Shown piece by piece: positions 15,876 through 25,098 of a DNA stretch of 29,561 bases; within the stretch, counting starts at the first letter, position 1, and every line of letters starts with the position of its first letter. The stretch covers positions 1 through 29,561 of IMG/VR virus record IMGVR_UViG_3300011335_000225; one strand, 5' to 3'. A program made the position numbers and the translations under genes. The notes under the pieces are model-generated. The model saw only the letters and a program-made list of their open reading frames with translations. It ran no database searches and was not told the DNA's origin. The DNA comes from a virus (lineage: Duplodnaviria > Caudoviricetes).

Positions 15876-16208
15876 GTACAGACTAAGTAACACATACCTG
15901 TACTACATGTACTACTGTAGTACTATACTAACACTACTATATATGTAAGAGATATGTTGCTGTTACTAGTAGCAGATAGTAGCTGAAGTTGTAAGGGTAG
16001 GAGGGGGCAAATTAGTTTTAAGAAATATTATATTATGGAGACACGTAACGCTGCCACATACTTTTAAACAAGAGGGGGGTTCTTAAAACTACGTACACCC
16101 GTAGGGCTAGAGAACAAATGCTCGTCCCGACAGGGACTCACATGTTTCTGTTAATAGTATTCTTATACGTGACTTTAAGAAAGAAAAGAGTAAAAGAAAG
16201 AAGTCCCT

Positions 16209-16237
16209 AATGTAGGAAATCTTAAAAACCCTGTCAA
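16209..16237 (-). promoter_or_regulatory. sigma70-type leftward promoter
   Basis: TTGACA-17 bp-TACATT on the minus strand. Confidence 0.7.
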
Positions 16238-16277
16238 GTCCACCAAAGGTACTCAAACACAAAATATACTTCTTCTA

Positions 16278-16295
16278 CTGTCACCTATGTGACAG
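16278..16295. promoter_or_regulatory. inverted-repeat operator candidate
   Basis: CTGTCAC-CTAT-GTGACAG between the divergent promoters. Confidence 0.5.
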
Positions 16296-16314
16296 ACACA
16301 CCTACTAAGAAAGC

Positions 16315-16323
16315 TGTTATAGT
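16315..16323 (+). promoter_or_regulatory. extended -10 rightward (late) promoter candidate
   Basis: TGnTATAGT with no good -35. Confidence 0.5.
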
Positions 16324-16337
16324 TCGATGCACAGTAT

Positions 16338-16414
16338 CAATACGCATGGGGATTGTGGTTCGCCGTAACTAGAACCATCCTTGCAAGGCAGTCTCCAGCC
16401 GTGTTGGATGGTTC
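16338..16414 (+). ncRNA. candidate structured leader RNA
   Basis: CAATACG/CGTGTTG plus TGGGGATTG/CAGTCTCCA stem with G-U pairs, enclosing two hairpins. Confidence 0.5.
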
Positions 16415-16490
16415 AAGCAGTTGCCGCCTCTGTGGAGTGTTTGCGCTGCCGCTGGTAATTCCTACCCAACAACCTAATAAGGAGTAATAC

Positions 16491-16754
16491 ATGGCTACTG
16501 GTAAGAAAAGTGCTGCTTGGCAACGTAAAGAGGGTAAGAACCCCAGTGGTGGACTCAATGCTAAAGGTAGAGCGTCTTATAACGCAGCTAATCCTGGTAA
16601 ACCAGGTTTAAAAGCTCCTCAACCTGAAGGTGGATCTCGTAAAGATTCTTTCTGTGCAAGGATGGAAGGTATGAAAAAGAAGTTAACTTCTGCTAAGACT
16701 GCTAAAGACCCCAACAGTCGTATCAACAAGTCTTTAAGAGTCTGGAAGTGCTGA
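16491..16754 (+). CDS. small basic phage protein (DUF6321-like)
   Basis: GGLNAKGRASY...RKDSFCARM...SLRVWKC; AAGGAG SD. Confidence 0.8.
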   Translation: MATGKKSAAWQRKEGKNPSGGLNAKGRASYNAANPGKPGLKAPQPEGGSRKDSFCARMEGMKKKLTSAKTAKDPNSRINKSLRVWKC

Positions 16755-16755
16755 C

Positions 16756-16950
16756 ATGGCTACTAAAACTGCATCTAAATCCACAGTAAATGCTGCTGGT
16801 AACTACACTAAACCAACTCTTCGTAAAAAGATTGTGTCCCAAGTAAAAGCAGCAGCAACCCAAGGTACAAATGCTGGTCAATGGTCAGCTCGTAAAGCAC
16901 AACTAGTGGCTAAAAAGTACAAAGCAGCAGGAGGAGGATACAAATCATGA
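16756..16950 (+). CDS. basic protein, DUF5872-like N-terminal half
   Basis: YTKPTLR...GQWSARKAQL...YKAAGGGY. Confidence 0.75.
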   Translation: MATKTASKSTVNAAGNYTKPTLRKKIVSQVKAAATQGTNAGQWSARKAQLVAKKYKAAGGGYKS

Positions 16951-17096
16951 GTAAAACCGCAACCCACTACCTACCAGATGGCAAAATCTACAAGGGTCCA
17001 AGGCATAAAGCGGGAACAACCCTGATGACAGGTGCTAAACATACTCCTGCAAGTAAAGTGTTAACCCATACGCCACCTAAAAAGCCAAAGAAATGA
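16947..17096 (+). CDS. small basic His-containing protein, 49 aa
   Basis: MSKTATHYLPDGKIYKGPRHK...LMTGAKHT; GGAGG SD; ATGA overlaps at both ends. Confidence 0.75.
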   Translation: MSKTATHYLPDGKIYKGPRHKAGTTLMTGAKHTPASKVLTHTPPKKPKK

Positions 17097-17326
17097 AGAA
17101 TCCTCAACAATCTTTAAAAGATTGGGGCAATCAGAAGTGGCGTACCAAGTCAGGTAAGCCCTCATCTAAAACAGGTGAGCGTTATCTGCCAGAAGCTGCT
17201 ATTAAAGCGTTGAGTCCTGCTGAGTATGCTGCAACAACTAAAGCCAAAAGAGCAGGTAAAGCCCAAGGCAAACAGTTTGTAGCCCAACCTAAAACAATTG
17301 CAAAGAAAACAGCAGGATACAGATAA
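17093..17326 (+). CDS. basic protein, DUF5872-like C-terminal half
   Basis: QQSLKDW..QKWRTK...ERYLP..A...LSPAEYAAT..AKR...GKQFV. Confidence 0.75.
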   Translation: MKNPQQSLKDWGNQKWRTKSGKPSSKTGERYLPEAAIKALSPAEYAATTKAKRAGKAQGKQFVAQPKTIAKKTAGYR

Positions 17327-17361
17327 TGGCTGCTAAAACAAAGACTAAAAAAGGTTGTTAA
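17326..17361 (+). CDS. possible 11-aa basic micro-peptide
   Basis: MAAKTKTKKGC; TAATG coupling; AGGA upstream. Confidence 0.4.
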   Translation: MAAKTKTKKGC

Positions 17362-17366
17362 GTCTA

Positions 17367-17897
17367 ATGCGAAGAAAAGTTTCTCATGATCGCAGATATA
17401 AAAAATCTGTTTGGAGTCAGAACCAAAGACTCCAAGCTGTTAGTACCTATCTAATGCTAGGCAATATGGCTGAGACAGCCATTGTTACTGGTATCCCAAT
17501 AGCTACCTTAAGACTGTGGAAAACTACAGATTGGTTTAAGGAGTACTCTCTCCAACTTCAATCTGAAGATGTCCAACAGATGGACGCTAATCTAAAAAGG
17601 ATCATAGGTAAAGCACTCAAAGCTACTGAAGATCGTCTAGATTTGGGAGATGCTCAGTTTGATCAAAAGACTGGGGACATTATTCGCATTCCAGTTAAAG
17701 CTCATGTTGCTTTAAAGATTAGTACTGAACTACTGACTAAGCAGCAAAAGCTGTATGAAAACCCAGTTAGGGAAGAAGTTGAAAAAACTATTGACGATAG
17801 ATTGCTCAAGCTCAGCGAAGAGTTTGCTAAGTTTGCCAGCAATAAAGTTAAGAACGAAAAAGCTGTAGACGTTGAAGTTAAAGTCATAAATGTCTAA
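17367..17897 (+). CDS. terS: terminase small subunit (putative)
   Basis: N-terminal HTH-like segment, helical body, overlaps terL; start placed at ATG 17367. Confidence 0.7.
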   Translation: MRRKVSHDRRYKKSVWSQNQRLQAVSTYLMLGNMAETAIVTGIPIATLRLWKTTDWFKEYSLQLQSEDVQQMDANLKRIIGKALKATEDRLDLGDAQFDQKTGDIIRIPVKAHVALKISTELLTKQQKLYENPVREEVEKTIDDRLLKLSEEFAKFASNKVKNEKAVDVEVKVINV

Positions 17898-19410
17898 ACT
17901 TAATGCCGAAGTTATGGAAGGATTTGTTAACTCAGTCCTCCGCAAAAACTTTGACAAACCCGCTGCTACTCCAGACTTCCATAAAGAAATCTGGGAACTT
18001 GTTACTAGTAACAGCAAACAAGTAGCTATAGCTGCTCCTCGGTATCACGCCAAGTCTACGGCTGTAACTCATGCCTATACTCTAGCCTCAGTTTTATTTA
18101 GAGAAGCTAGATACGTCTTGATTGTTAGTGACACAGTTACCCAAGCTGTTCAGTTCTTAGGTGATATAAAAAAGGAGTTGCTAGACAATGATGACTTACA
18201 TTCTTTGTTTGGTCTTAAAGATGGACCCTTCCCCAAAGATACTGAAGATGACCTCATTGTTGAGATGCAAGATGGACATACCTTCCGTATCCAAGCCAAA
18301 GGTTCAGAACAAAAACTCCGTGGTTTAAAGTGGGCTAACCTTCGTCCCGACTTAATTATTGGGGACGATATGGAAAATGACGAGATCGTAATGAATAAAG
18401 ATCGTCGTCAAAAGTTTAAACGTTGGTTTTATGGTGCTTTGATTCCTTGTGTATCTTCTTCTGGAAAGATTAGGATTGTTGGGACAATCCTTCATCTAGA
18501 CAGTTTGTTAGAGAACTTAATGCCTAGTTCTCTTTTGTCTTCCCATAGGGGAGTCAAACACTTAGTACAAGAAGACTTGCGGGAGTATTCTCTCAATGTG
18601 TTACCTTGGAACTCTATAAAGTATCGTGCTCACACTGATGATTTTAAAAAGCTACTGTGGCCTGAGATGAAGTCTGCTCAAGAGTTTAGGCTTCAAAAAG
18701 ATGATTACGTTAGACAGGGATTGGCAGATGTCTACTCCCAAGAGATGCTTAACATTCCTTTGGATATAACTTCTACCTTTTTTAAGAAGTCTGACTTTAA
18801 CCCTATGAAACCAGAAGACCAGAAAAGGGCTTTGGTGTACTATGCAACTTGTGATTTAGCTGTATCTCAATCACAACGAGCAGACTACTCAGCTTTTGTT
18901 GTAGGTGGCATGGATGAAGATGGGCGGCTATACTGCAAACATGTCATTAAAGAACGTATGGATGCCTTGGAAATTGTAGATACAATCTTAATGATTCAAA
19001 AAATTTATAAGCCCGTACTCTTTGGACTCGAACAAGGTACTATTCAGAAAGCAATTGGTCCCTATCTCAATGAAGAAATGCTTAAGCGTGGTGAGTTCAT
19101 CAACACTATTTTACTCAAGCCTAGTGGTGACAAACTTACTCGTGCTAGAAGCATTCAAGCTCGTATGAGAAGTGGGGCTTGCAAGTTTGATAAAGACGCT
19201 GACTGGTATCAAAACTTTGAAGATGAGCTTCTTAGATTTCCTAGAGATAAACATGACGACCAGGTAGATGCTTGGGCATACTTGGGACTAATGCTTGATA
19301 GGATGTGGGAAGCTCCAACTGAAAAAGAACTTGAAGAAGAAGAGTACGAGGCTTATATTCGAGATAACAATGGAGCAGATGTAGGTCGCTCCGCTATTTG
19401 TGGGTATTAA
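17890..19410 (+). CDS. terL: terminase large subunit
   Basis: APRYHAKST Walker A, LIIGDD Walker B, nuclease DLA..DYSA..HDDQVDA. Confidence 0.95.
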   Translation: MSKLNAEVMEGFVNSVLRKNFDKPAATPDFHKEIWELVTSNSKQVAIAAPRYHAKSTAVTHAYTLASVLFREARYVLIVSDTVTQAVQFLGDIKKELLDNDDLHSLFGLKDGPFPKDTEDDLIVEMQDGHTFRIQAKGSEQKLRGLKWANLRPDLIIGDDMENDEIVMNKDRRQKFKRWFYGALIPCVSSSGKIRIVGTILHLDSLLENLMPSSLLSSHRGVKHLVQEDLREYSLNVLPWNSIKYRAHTDDFKKLLWPEMKSAQEFRLQKDDYVRQGLADVYSQEMLNIPLDITSTFFKKSDFNPMKPEDQKRALVYYATCDLAVSQSQRADYSAFVVGGMDEDGRLYCKHVIKERMDALEIVDTILMIQKIYKPVLFGLEQGTIQKAIGPYLNEEMLKRGEFINTILLKPSGDKLTRARSIQARMRSGACKFDKDADWYQNFEDELLRFPRDKHDDQVDAWAYLGLMLDRMWEAPTEKELEEEEYEAYIRDNNGADVGRSAICGY

Positions 19411-19413
19411 CAA

Positions 19414-21504
19414 ATGAAGCTTAAAGACAAATTTAATATTAATGATCTCATGTATGAGGCCAATATAGCTGACCTGCTTTGCAAAGAAGACCTAGCAACA
19501 ATTGGTGGTCAAATTTCTAAAGATTTTGACAACGATCTTATGTCTCGTAGCAGTTGGGAAAAACGTACAGAGACTTCTCTCAAACTTGCTTTACAAGTTG
19601 CAGAAACTAAAAACTTTCCTTGGGCTAATGCCAGTAACGTTAAGTTTCCTCTTATTACTATTGCTGCACTTCAATATCATGCTCGTAGTTATCCTGTCTT
19701 AGTTGATAGCGATATGCCTGTTAAGTGCCGTGTTGTTGGAGAAGACAAGGACGGTATTCGTGCTGCACGTTCTACTCGTGTTGAACAACATATGAGTTAC
19801 CAGCTTCTAGAAGAAGATGAAGACTGGGAATCTGAAATGGACAAGGTTCTTATTACTCAACCTATTATTGGTTGTGCCTTTAAGAAGACCTACTATGATC
19901 CTATTCGCAAACACAACATATCTGAAAATGTACTAGCCAAAGACCTGGTTGTTAACTACTGGACTAAGAGTCTAGAAACAGCCAGTCGTGTTACCCACAT
20001 TCTTCAGATGACTAAGAATGAAATTTATGAACGTGTAGCTCTTGGACTGTGGTGTGAAATATCTGAAGGGCGACAGCAGCAGTATTCTTCTGCTGTTATG
20101 GGCAGTGGGTTACAACAAGCCCAAGACAAAGCTCAAGGCATGACCCCACCAGAATCAAATGATCCCAGTACTCCCATTGAGATTTTGGAACAACACTGCA
20201 CTATTGACTTTGACGATGATGGTTATGCTGAGCCGTACATTGTTTATGTACGTAGAGACAACAAACAAGTTGCTCGTATTGTTGCTAGATATACGGAACA
20301 AGATGTTGTTCGCAACAAAGACGAAAAAGTTCTTAGTATTAAAGCAGAGCAATACTTTACCAAATATCCTTTTATTCCTTCTCCTGATGGCGGCTTCTAT
20401 GACCTTGGGTTTGGAGTTCTTCTTGGTCCTTTAAACGAATCTATCAACACTATCATTAATCAGCTAGTTGATGCTGGTACTATGGCTAACACTGCTGGTG
20501 GCTTCCTTAGTCGTGGTATTAAACTTCGTGGTGGTAACTATTCTTTCAATCCTATGGAGTGGAAGCACGTAGATACAACTGGAGATGATTTGCGTAAAGG
20601 TATTGTTCCTTTGCCAGTACGTGAACCCTCTCAAGTTTTGTATACTTTGTTAGACCTGTTGATTAACTATGGTCAACGTATTAGTGGTTCTGTAGACATT
20701 CTTTCTGGTCAGAATCCTGGTCAGAACACTCCTGCTGAAACTTCTCGCACAATGGCTGAACAAGGCATGAAGATATTTAACGGTATCTTTAAACGCACTC
20801 ACCGCAGTCTTAAGCAAGAGTTTCGTAAGTTATATCGCCTTAATCAAATATTTATTACTGAGAACACGCCCTATGTTTCAAATGCAAAGAACACAGGACT
20901 TGTTTTGGTTTCAGACTATGAGGGTCCAGTTACAGATGTGATGCCTACTGCTGATCCAAGTATTACTTCTGATACCCAGCGTTTTAATCAAGCTGCTGCT
21001 ATTGCTGCTAGAGTGCAAGCTACTCCTGGTTTGTACAACCGCTATGAAGCTGAGTACACCTTCTTAAAGGCAATGAAGATTACTAATATTGATAAAATTC
21101 TTCCTGACCCTAGTGGTCCTAATGCTGTACAAGTCCCACCTAATCCTAAGTTGCAAATTGAACAACTTAAGATTCAAGCCAAACAAGCTTCGGACCAGTT
21201 AAACATGAAGATGGCTTTGCTTAAATTAATGAGTGAGGCAGAACTTAATCAAGCACAAATTCAAAAATTAACAGCAGAAGCAGAGTCTATTAAGATTGGT
21301 ATTGCTACTGAAGGTGAACGGATGCGTATCCAAGAAATTAATATGCAGATTGGTTTGCAGCGTGAGCGTAGAGAAGGCGTTCTTACTTCTATCAGAACAA
21401 TGAATGACGTTTATGATCGAATGATTTCAGAACAACAACAACCACAACAAAATATGGAACAAGCACAGTTGCCAATGGATGTGCCACAAACAATGATGCA
21501 GTAA
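19414..21504 (+). CDS. portal protein
   Basis: 696 aa directly after terL; portal-like motifs and a C-terminal Gln-rich coiled coil. Confidence 0.88.
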   Translation: MKLKDKFNINDLMYEANIADLLCKEDLATIGGQISKDFDNDLMSRSSWEKRTETSLKLALQVAETKNFPWANASNVKFPLITIAALQYHARSYPVLVDSDMPVKCRVVGEDKDGIRAARSTRVEQHMSYQLLEEDEDWESEMDKVLITQPIIGCAFKKTYYDPIRKHNISENVLAKDLVVNYWTKSLETASRVTHILQMTKNEIYERVALGLWCEISEGRQQQYSSAVMGSGLQQAQDKAQGMTPPESNDPSTPIEILEQHCTIDFDDDGYAEPYIVYVRRDNKQVARIVARYTEQDVVRNKDEKVLSIKAEQYFTKYPFIPSPDGGFYDLGFGVLLGPLNESINTIINQLVDAGTMANTAGGFLSRGIKLRGGNYSFNPMEWKHVDTTGDDLRKGIVPLPVREPSQVLYTLLDLLINYGQRISGSVDILSGQNPGQNTPAETSRTMAEQGMKIFNGIFKRTHRSLKQEFRKLYRLNQIFITENTPYVSNAKNTGLVLVSDYEGPVTDVMPTADPSITSDTQRFNQAAAIAARVQATPGLYNRYEAEYTFLKAMKITNIDKILPDPSGPNAVQVPPNPKLQIEQLKIQAKQASDQLNMKMALLKLMSEAELNQAQIQKLTAEAESIKIGIATEGERMRIQEINMQIGLQRERREGVLTSIRTMNDVYDRMISEQQQPQQNMEQAQLPMDVPQTMMQ

Positions 21505-21524
21505 AGGTTTTTTAAGGAGAGAGA

Positions 21525-21734
21525 ATGGAACCAGTAAGTCGTGAAAACTTTGAAGAGTGGACTTTTCATCCTGTTACTAAACATCTGATGAAGATGTTGC
21601 AGAATGATAGGGAAGCTATGAAAGAGGGTCTTATCAACAATGCATTTGATGATGAGGTAGAAGTAAAGGGTCGGTGTCGAGCAATTGCAATTATTCTGAA
21701 TCTTGAATATGAAGATTTGTTCAATACTATCTAA
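21525..21734 (+). CDS. hypothetical head-module protein
   Basis: AAGGAG SD; located between portal and groES. Confidence 0.75.
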   Translation: MEPVSRENFEEWTFHPVTKHLMKMLQNDREAMKEGLINNAFDDEVEVKGRCRAIAIILNLEYEDLFNTI

Positions 21735-21747
21735 AAGAGAGAGATCA

Positions 21748-22095
21748 ATGAGTAATCAATCAGGAATCAACCCTGTTGGGTGGAGAGTGCTTATTAAGCC
21801 TCAAGAAGTAAGAGAGATGTCTGAGGGTGGAATTATTCTAACTACAGAGGTTTCTAAAAATCGAGAACAGATGGGAAACACTACTGGCATTGTCATTTCG
21901 ATGGGTGACGATTGCTATGCTGACGAACCTGCACCTTGGTGTAAGGTCGGGGACAAAGTAATTTTTGCTAAATATGCTGGTTTGCTTTATCTTGGAAAAG
22001 ATGGAAAGCAATACCGAATGGTTAATGACAAGGATATAACTGGCACTTTAGATGCAGATGTAGACCTTGTTGATCCGTATTTAGCTAGAACTTAA
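21748..22095 (+). CDS. groES: GroES-like co-chaperonin
   Basis: INPVGWRVLIKP, GGIIL mobile loop, KVGDKVIFAKYAG; start at MSNQ. Confidence 0.9.
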   Translation: MSNQSGINPVGWRVLIKPQEVREMSEGGIILTTEVSKNREQMGNTTGIVISMGDDCYADEPAPWCKVGDKVIFAKYAGLLYLGKDGKQYRMVNDKDITGTLDADVDLVDPYLART

Positions 22096-22144
22096 ACTTT
22101 GGCTATTAGTTGTGTTGACATCTTTTAAAAAGTAGGAGTAAGAT

Positions 22145-22972
22145 ATGAGTGAAGAAAGTGTTACTAGTAACGAAGTATCCCCTGAAGTCCAGCATGAAGC
22201 CGAATCACAAGGATGGGTTCCTAAAGAACGGTTTCGAGGCAATGAGTCTGATTGGGTTGATGCTGATACTTTTGTAAAACGTGGTCGAGAGATTCTTCCT
22301 ATTCTGCGTAAGAATAATGAGAATCTCATTAAAGACTTACAAGCTACAAAAGACCAGCTTAAAGAATTTCGTGAAGCAGCAGAGGAATTTAAAAAGTTCC
22401 AAAGAGAGTCTTACGAACGTAAAGCTCAAGAGTATGAGGGTCAAATTCGAGAGATTAAAGAAAGCCGTGCCCAAGCTATTAGCGACGGTGACGGACAGAA
22501 AGTCAATGCACTAGATGATGCGTTGGACCAAGCTAAAGAAAACTTTAAAGAAGCTAAACAATCTGTTAGAGATGTTGTCAGTGCTAAAGAACCAGAGCCA
22601 ACACCAGAGGCTATTGACCCAAACTTACAAGCTTGGTTAGATCGCAATACATGGTTTGGTCAAGACAAGCGGCTGACAGCTGTGGTTAACGGTGTTGGTG
22701 AAAGCCTTCGATTAGAGTTACCTTTGCTTAAAGGTCAAGCATTTCTAGATAAGCTTGATGAAGTGTTAGCAGAAGAGTTTCCAAATAAGTTTGGTAAAAA
22801 ACAATCTCCAAGTAGTCGGGTTGAATCTGGATCAGGTAGACAAAGCCGCAGCGGTGGCAATGCCCAATCTTATGACAACCTCCCGTCTGAAGCAAAGTCA
22901 GCATGTGATCGGTTTGTTAAGCAAAAACTTATGACCCGAGAACAGTATGTTGCAGACTTTGATTGGACTTGA
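22145..22972 (+). CDS. putative capsid scaffolding protein
   Basis: Charged coiled coil, located upstream of the capsid genes; AGGAG SD. Confidence 0.7.
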   Translation: MSEESVTSNEVSPEVQHEAESQGWVPKERFRGNESDWVDADTFVKRGREILPILRKNNENLIKDLQATKDQLKEFREAAEEFKKFQRESYERKAQEYEGQIREIKESRAQAISDGDGQKVNALDDALDQAKENFKEAKQSVRDVVSAKEPEPTPEAIDPNLQAWLDRNTWFGQDKRLTAVVNGVGESLRLELPLLKGQAFLDKLDEVLAEEFPNKFGKKQSPSSRVESGSGRQSRSGGNAQSYDNLPSEAKSACDRFVKQKLMTREQYVADFDWT

Positions 22973-22998
22973 TCTCTATAAACTTAAAGGAAATTAAT

Positions 22999-23523
22999 AT
23001 GCCCCGCGCACTAAATGAGTTTGAAAAACGTGAACGTATGTTAGAAAAAGCTGCAAGTAGACTTATCCCTCAAGAGGGCGATACTGACACAAGCACAGAT
23101 ACAACTGCGGTTGCAACTCGAAAACGAAGAAATGTCTTTAATGGCACAGAAGTTAAACTAAGCGTCCGAAATCAGATTCCAGGGTATCATCTCCATGTCT
23201 TTACAGATGCGGGGAGTCGAATTCAAGAGGCCGTAGATAGTGGCTATGAGTTTGTTACCCCTACTGAAGTAGGAGGTGTGAGTGAAAATGTGGTTAGTCG
23301 TAATGGCGACCTCGGAGAAAGAATTAGGTATCTTGTAAATCCTCGTGCTGAAGGCACGGAACAATACGGGTACTTAATGAAGATTCGGCAAGAATGGTAC
23401 GAGGAAGATCAAGCTGAGCTTCAAAGTAAAAACAATCTTATTGATGAATCAATTCGTGGTGGTAAGATTACTGGAAAAAATCCAGCGTTCTATACTCCTA
23501 GGGATGGCATCAAACTCACTTAA
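22999..23523 (+). CDS. hypothetical head-module protein
   Basis: Start at MPRAL after AAGGA. Confidence 0.75.
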   Translation: MPRALNEFEKRERMLEKAASRLIPQEGDTDTSTDTTAVATRKRRNVFNGTEVKLSVRNQIPGYHLHVFTDAGSRIQEAVDSGYEFVTPTEVGGVSENVVSRNGDLGERIRYLVNPRAEGTEQYGYLMKIRQEWYEEDQAELQSKNNLIDESIRGGKITGKNPAFYTPRDGIKLT

Positions 23524-23540
23524 CTTATTTGGAGTTTTTT

Positions 23541-24146
23541 ATGGCAAACGCAAATCGTCCTGGCGGCCTAAAACCTGTCAGTTATCTCAACGGAGCACCC
23601 TACTCAGGTCAAGCTCGGTTGTACTCTGTGCCCGTCAATAGTGCCGACTTGTACATCGGTGATCCTGTTACCTTGAGTGGTAATGCTGATACCAACGGTC
23701 TTTCTGGTATTGCTATTGGTGTTGCTGGTTCTGCAATTATTGGTGTTGTAGTTGGTTTCCTTGTTGCTCCTCCTGGAGTTAGCTTGGTTGCCACTAGCAT
23801 TGATTTGACTATCCGCAGCATTCAAGCTAGTGCTACTGTTGTTCAGTATGCTATGGTTGCTGATGATCCAAACTTGATCTTTGAAATTCAAGATGGTCAA
23901 ACAGTTCCTACATCAACTGCCGACATTGGTTTAAACACCAACTTTGTCATTGCTGCTGGTGCTACTGACTATAGCGATTCAGGTACTGTAACTGCTGCTA
24001 CTATTACAAATACCAACAGTGCTAACTTGAAGCTTATGGGTTTTACCCAACGAGTTGACAACACCCCTGCCACTGCTTACGCAAAGCTGTTGGTTAAGAT
24101 TAACAATCACGCTTACGCTGCCGGAACTGGCACTGCTGGCATTTAA
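23541..24146 (+). CDS. putative capsid decoration/cement protein
   Basis: Beta-rich, GD.V motif, directly before the major capsid gene; start at MANAN. Confidence 0.6.
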   Translation: MANANRPGGLKPVSYLNGAPYSGQARLYSVPVNSADLYIGDPVTLSGNADTNGLSGIAIGVAGSAIIGVVVGFLVAPPGVSLVATSIDLTIRSIQASATVVQYAMVADDPNLIFEIQDGQTVPTSTADIGLNTNFVIAAGATDYSDSGTVTAATITNTNSANLKLMGFTQRVDNTPATAYAKLLVKINNHAYAAGTGTAGI

Positions 24147-24161
24147 TTAGGAGAATAGATT

Positions 24162-25082
24162 ATGGCTGGCATTATCACAACCAGTTCCCACCCGAAAGCA
24201 CTATGGCCTGGTATCAAGGCTTGGTGGGGACAGACTTATGACGAGCACCCTGAAGAGTATGTAGACTTGTTTGACAAAGACACTTCTACTCAAAACTACG
24301 AAGAAGATGTCCAACTGACTGGATTTGGTCTTGTACCAGTTAAGTCACAAGGCTCTGGTGTTCAGTATGATTCTGAAGTGCAAGGCTACGTAACTCGTTA
24401 TACGCACGTTGCATATGCAATGGGTTATATTGTTACCAAAGAAGAGATGGACGACAACTTGTATGAAGTAGTGTCCAAAAAACGTGCAGCAGCACTCGCT
24501 ATGTCTTTCCGTCAAACGAAAGAAAACGTAGCTGCTAACGTTTACAACCGTGCATTTAGTGCTACCTATGCTGGTGGTGATGGCAAACCACTTTGTGCTA
24601 CAGACCATCCCAACACCACTGGTGGAACTTGGGCTAACAAACCTACAGTTGATGTAGATTTGTCTGAAGCTGCTTTGGAAGATGCAGTGATTGCAATCAT
24701 GGGTCTGCAAAATGATCGTGGTTTGGCAATCGCTATTCAACCTTACTGCTTGCACATTGCTCGTCAAGAAGTGTTTAATGCTCAACGCATTCTTCACTCT
24801 AAGTACCAAACAGGTAATGCTAACAATGACATTAACGTTATTGCTAGTAGCAACTACTTGCCTGGTGGCTTTAAAGTAAACCACTACTTCTCAAGCCCAC
24901 ATGCTTGGTTTATTCGTAATACTATCCCTGGTGGTAGTGGTATGAAGTACTATGAGCGTCACGGCATCACGTTTGACCAAGACAATGACTTTGACACTAT
25001 GAACGTCAAAGCTAAAGGCTACGAGCGTTATAGCTTTGGCTGGTCTGACTCCCGTGCTGTCTGGGGTAGTAACGGTCCGTAA
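24162..25082 (+). CDS. major capsid protein (Mu gpT-like HK97 fold)
   Basis: 306 aa; GDGKPLCATDHP, ERYSFGWSD.R motifs; followed by a terminator. Confidence 0.88.
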   Translation: MAGIITTSSHPKALWPGIKAWWGQTYDEHPEEYVDLFDKDTSTQNYEEDVQLTGFGLVPVKSQGSGVQYDSEVQGYVTRYTHVAYAMGYIVTKEEMDDNLYEVVSKKRAAALAMSFRQTKENVAANVYNRAFSATYAGGDGKPLCATDHPNTTGGTWANKPTVDVDLSEAALEDAVIAIMGLQNDRGLAIAIQPYCLHIARQEVFNAQRILHSKYQTGNANNDINVIASSNYLPGGFKVNHYFSSPHAWFIRNTIPGGSGMKYYERHGITFDQDNDFDTMNVKAKGYERYSFGWSDSRAVWGSNGP

Positions 25083-25098
25083 TTGTTATTAGTAACAT

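Noticed and set aside
16338-16470. tRNA gene
   Set aside because: No acceptor/D/anticodon/T-arm geometry, and no GTTCRA in a 7-nt T loop.
22115-22144. TTGACA-18-TAAGAT promoter-like match before the scaffold gene
   Set aside because: The -10 abuts the ATG, so the TSS would fall inside the CDS and exclude the SD. Function is doubtful.
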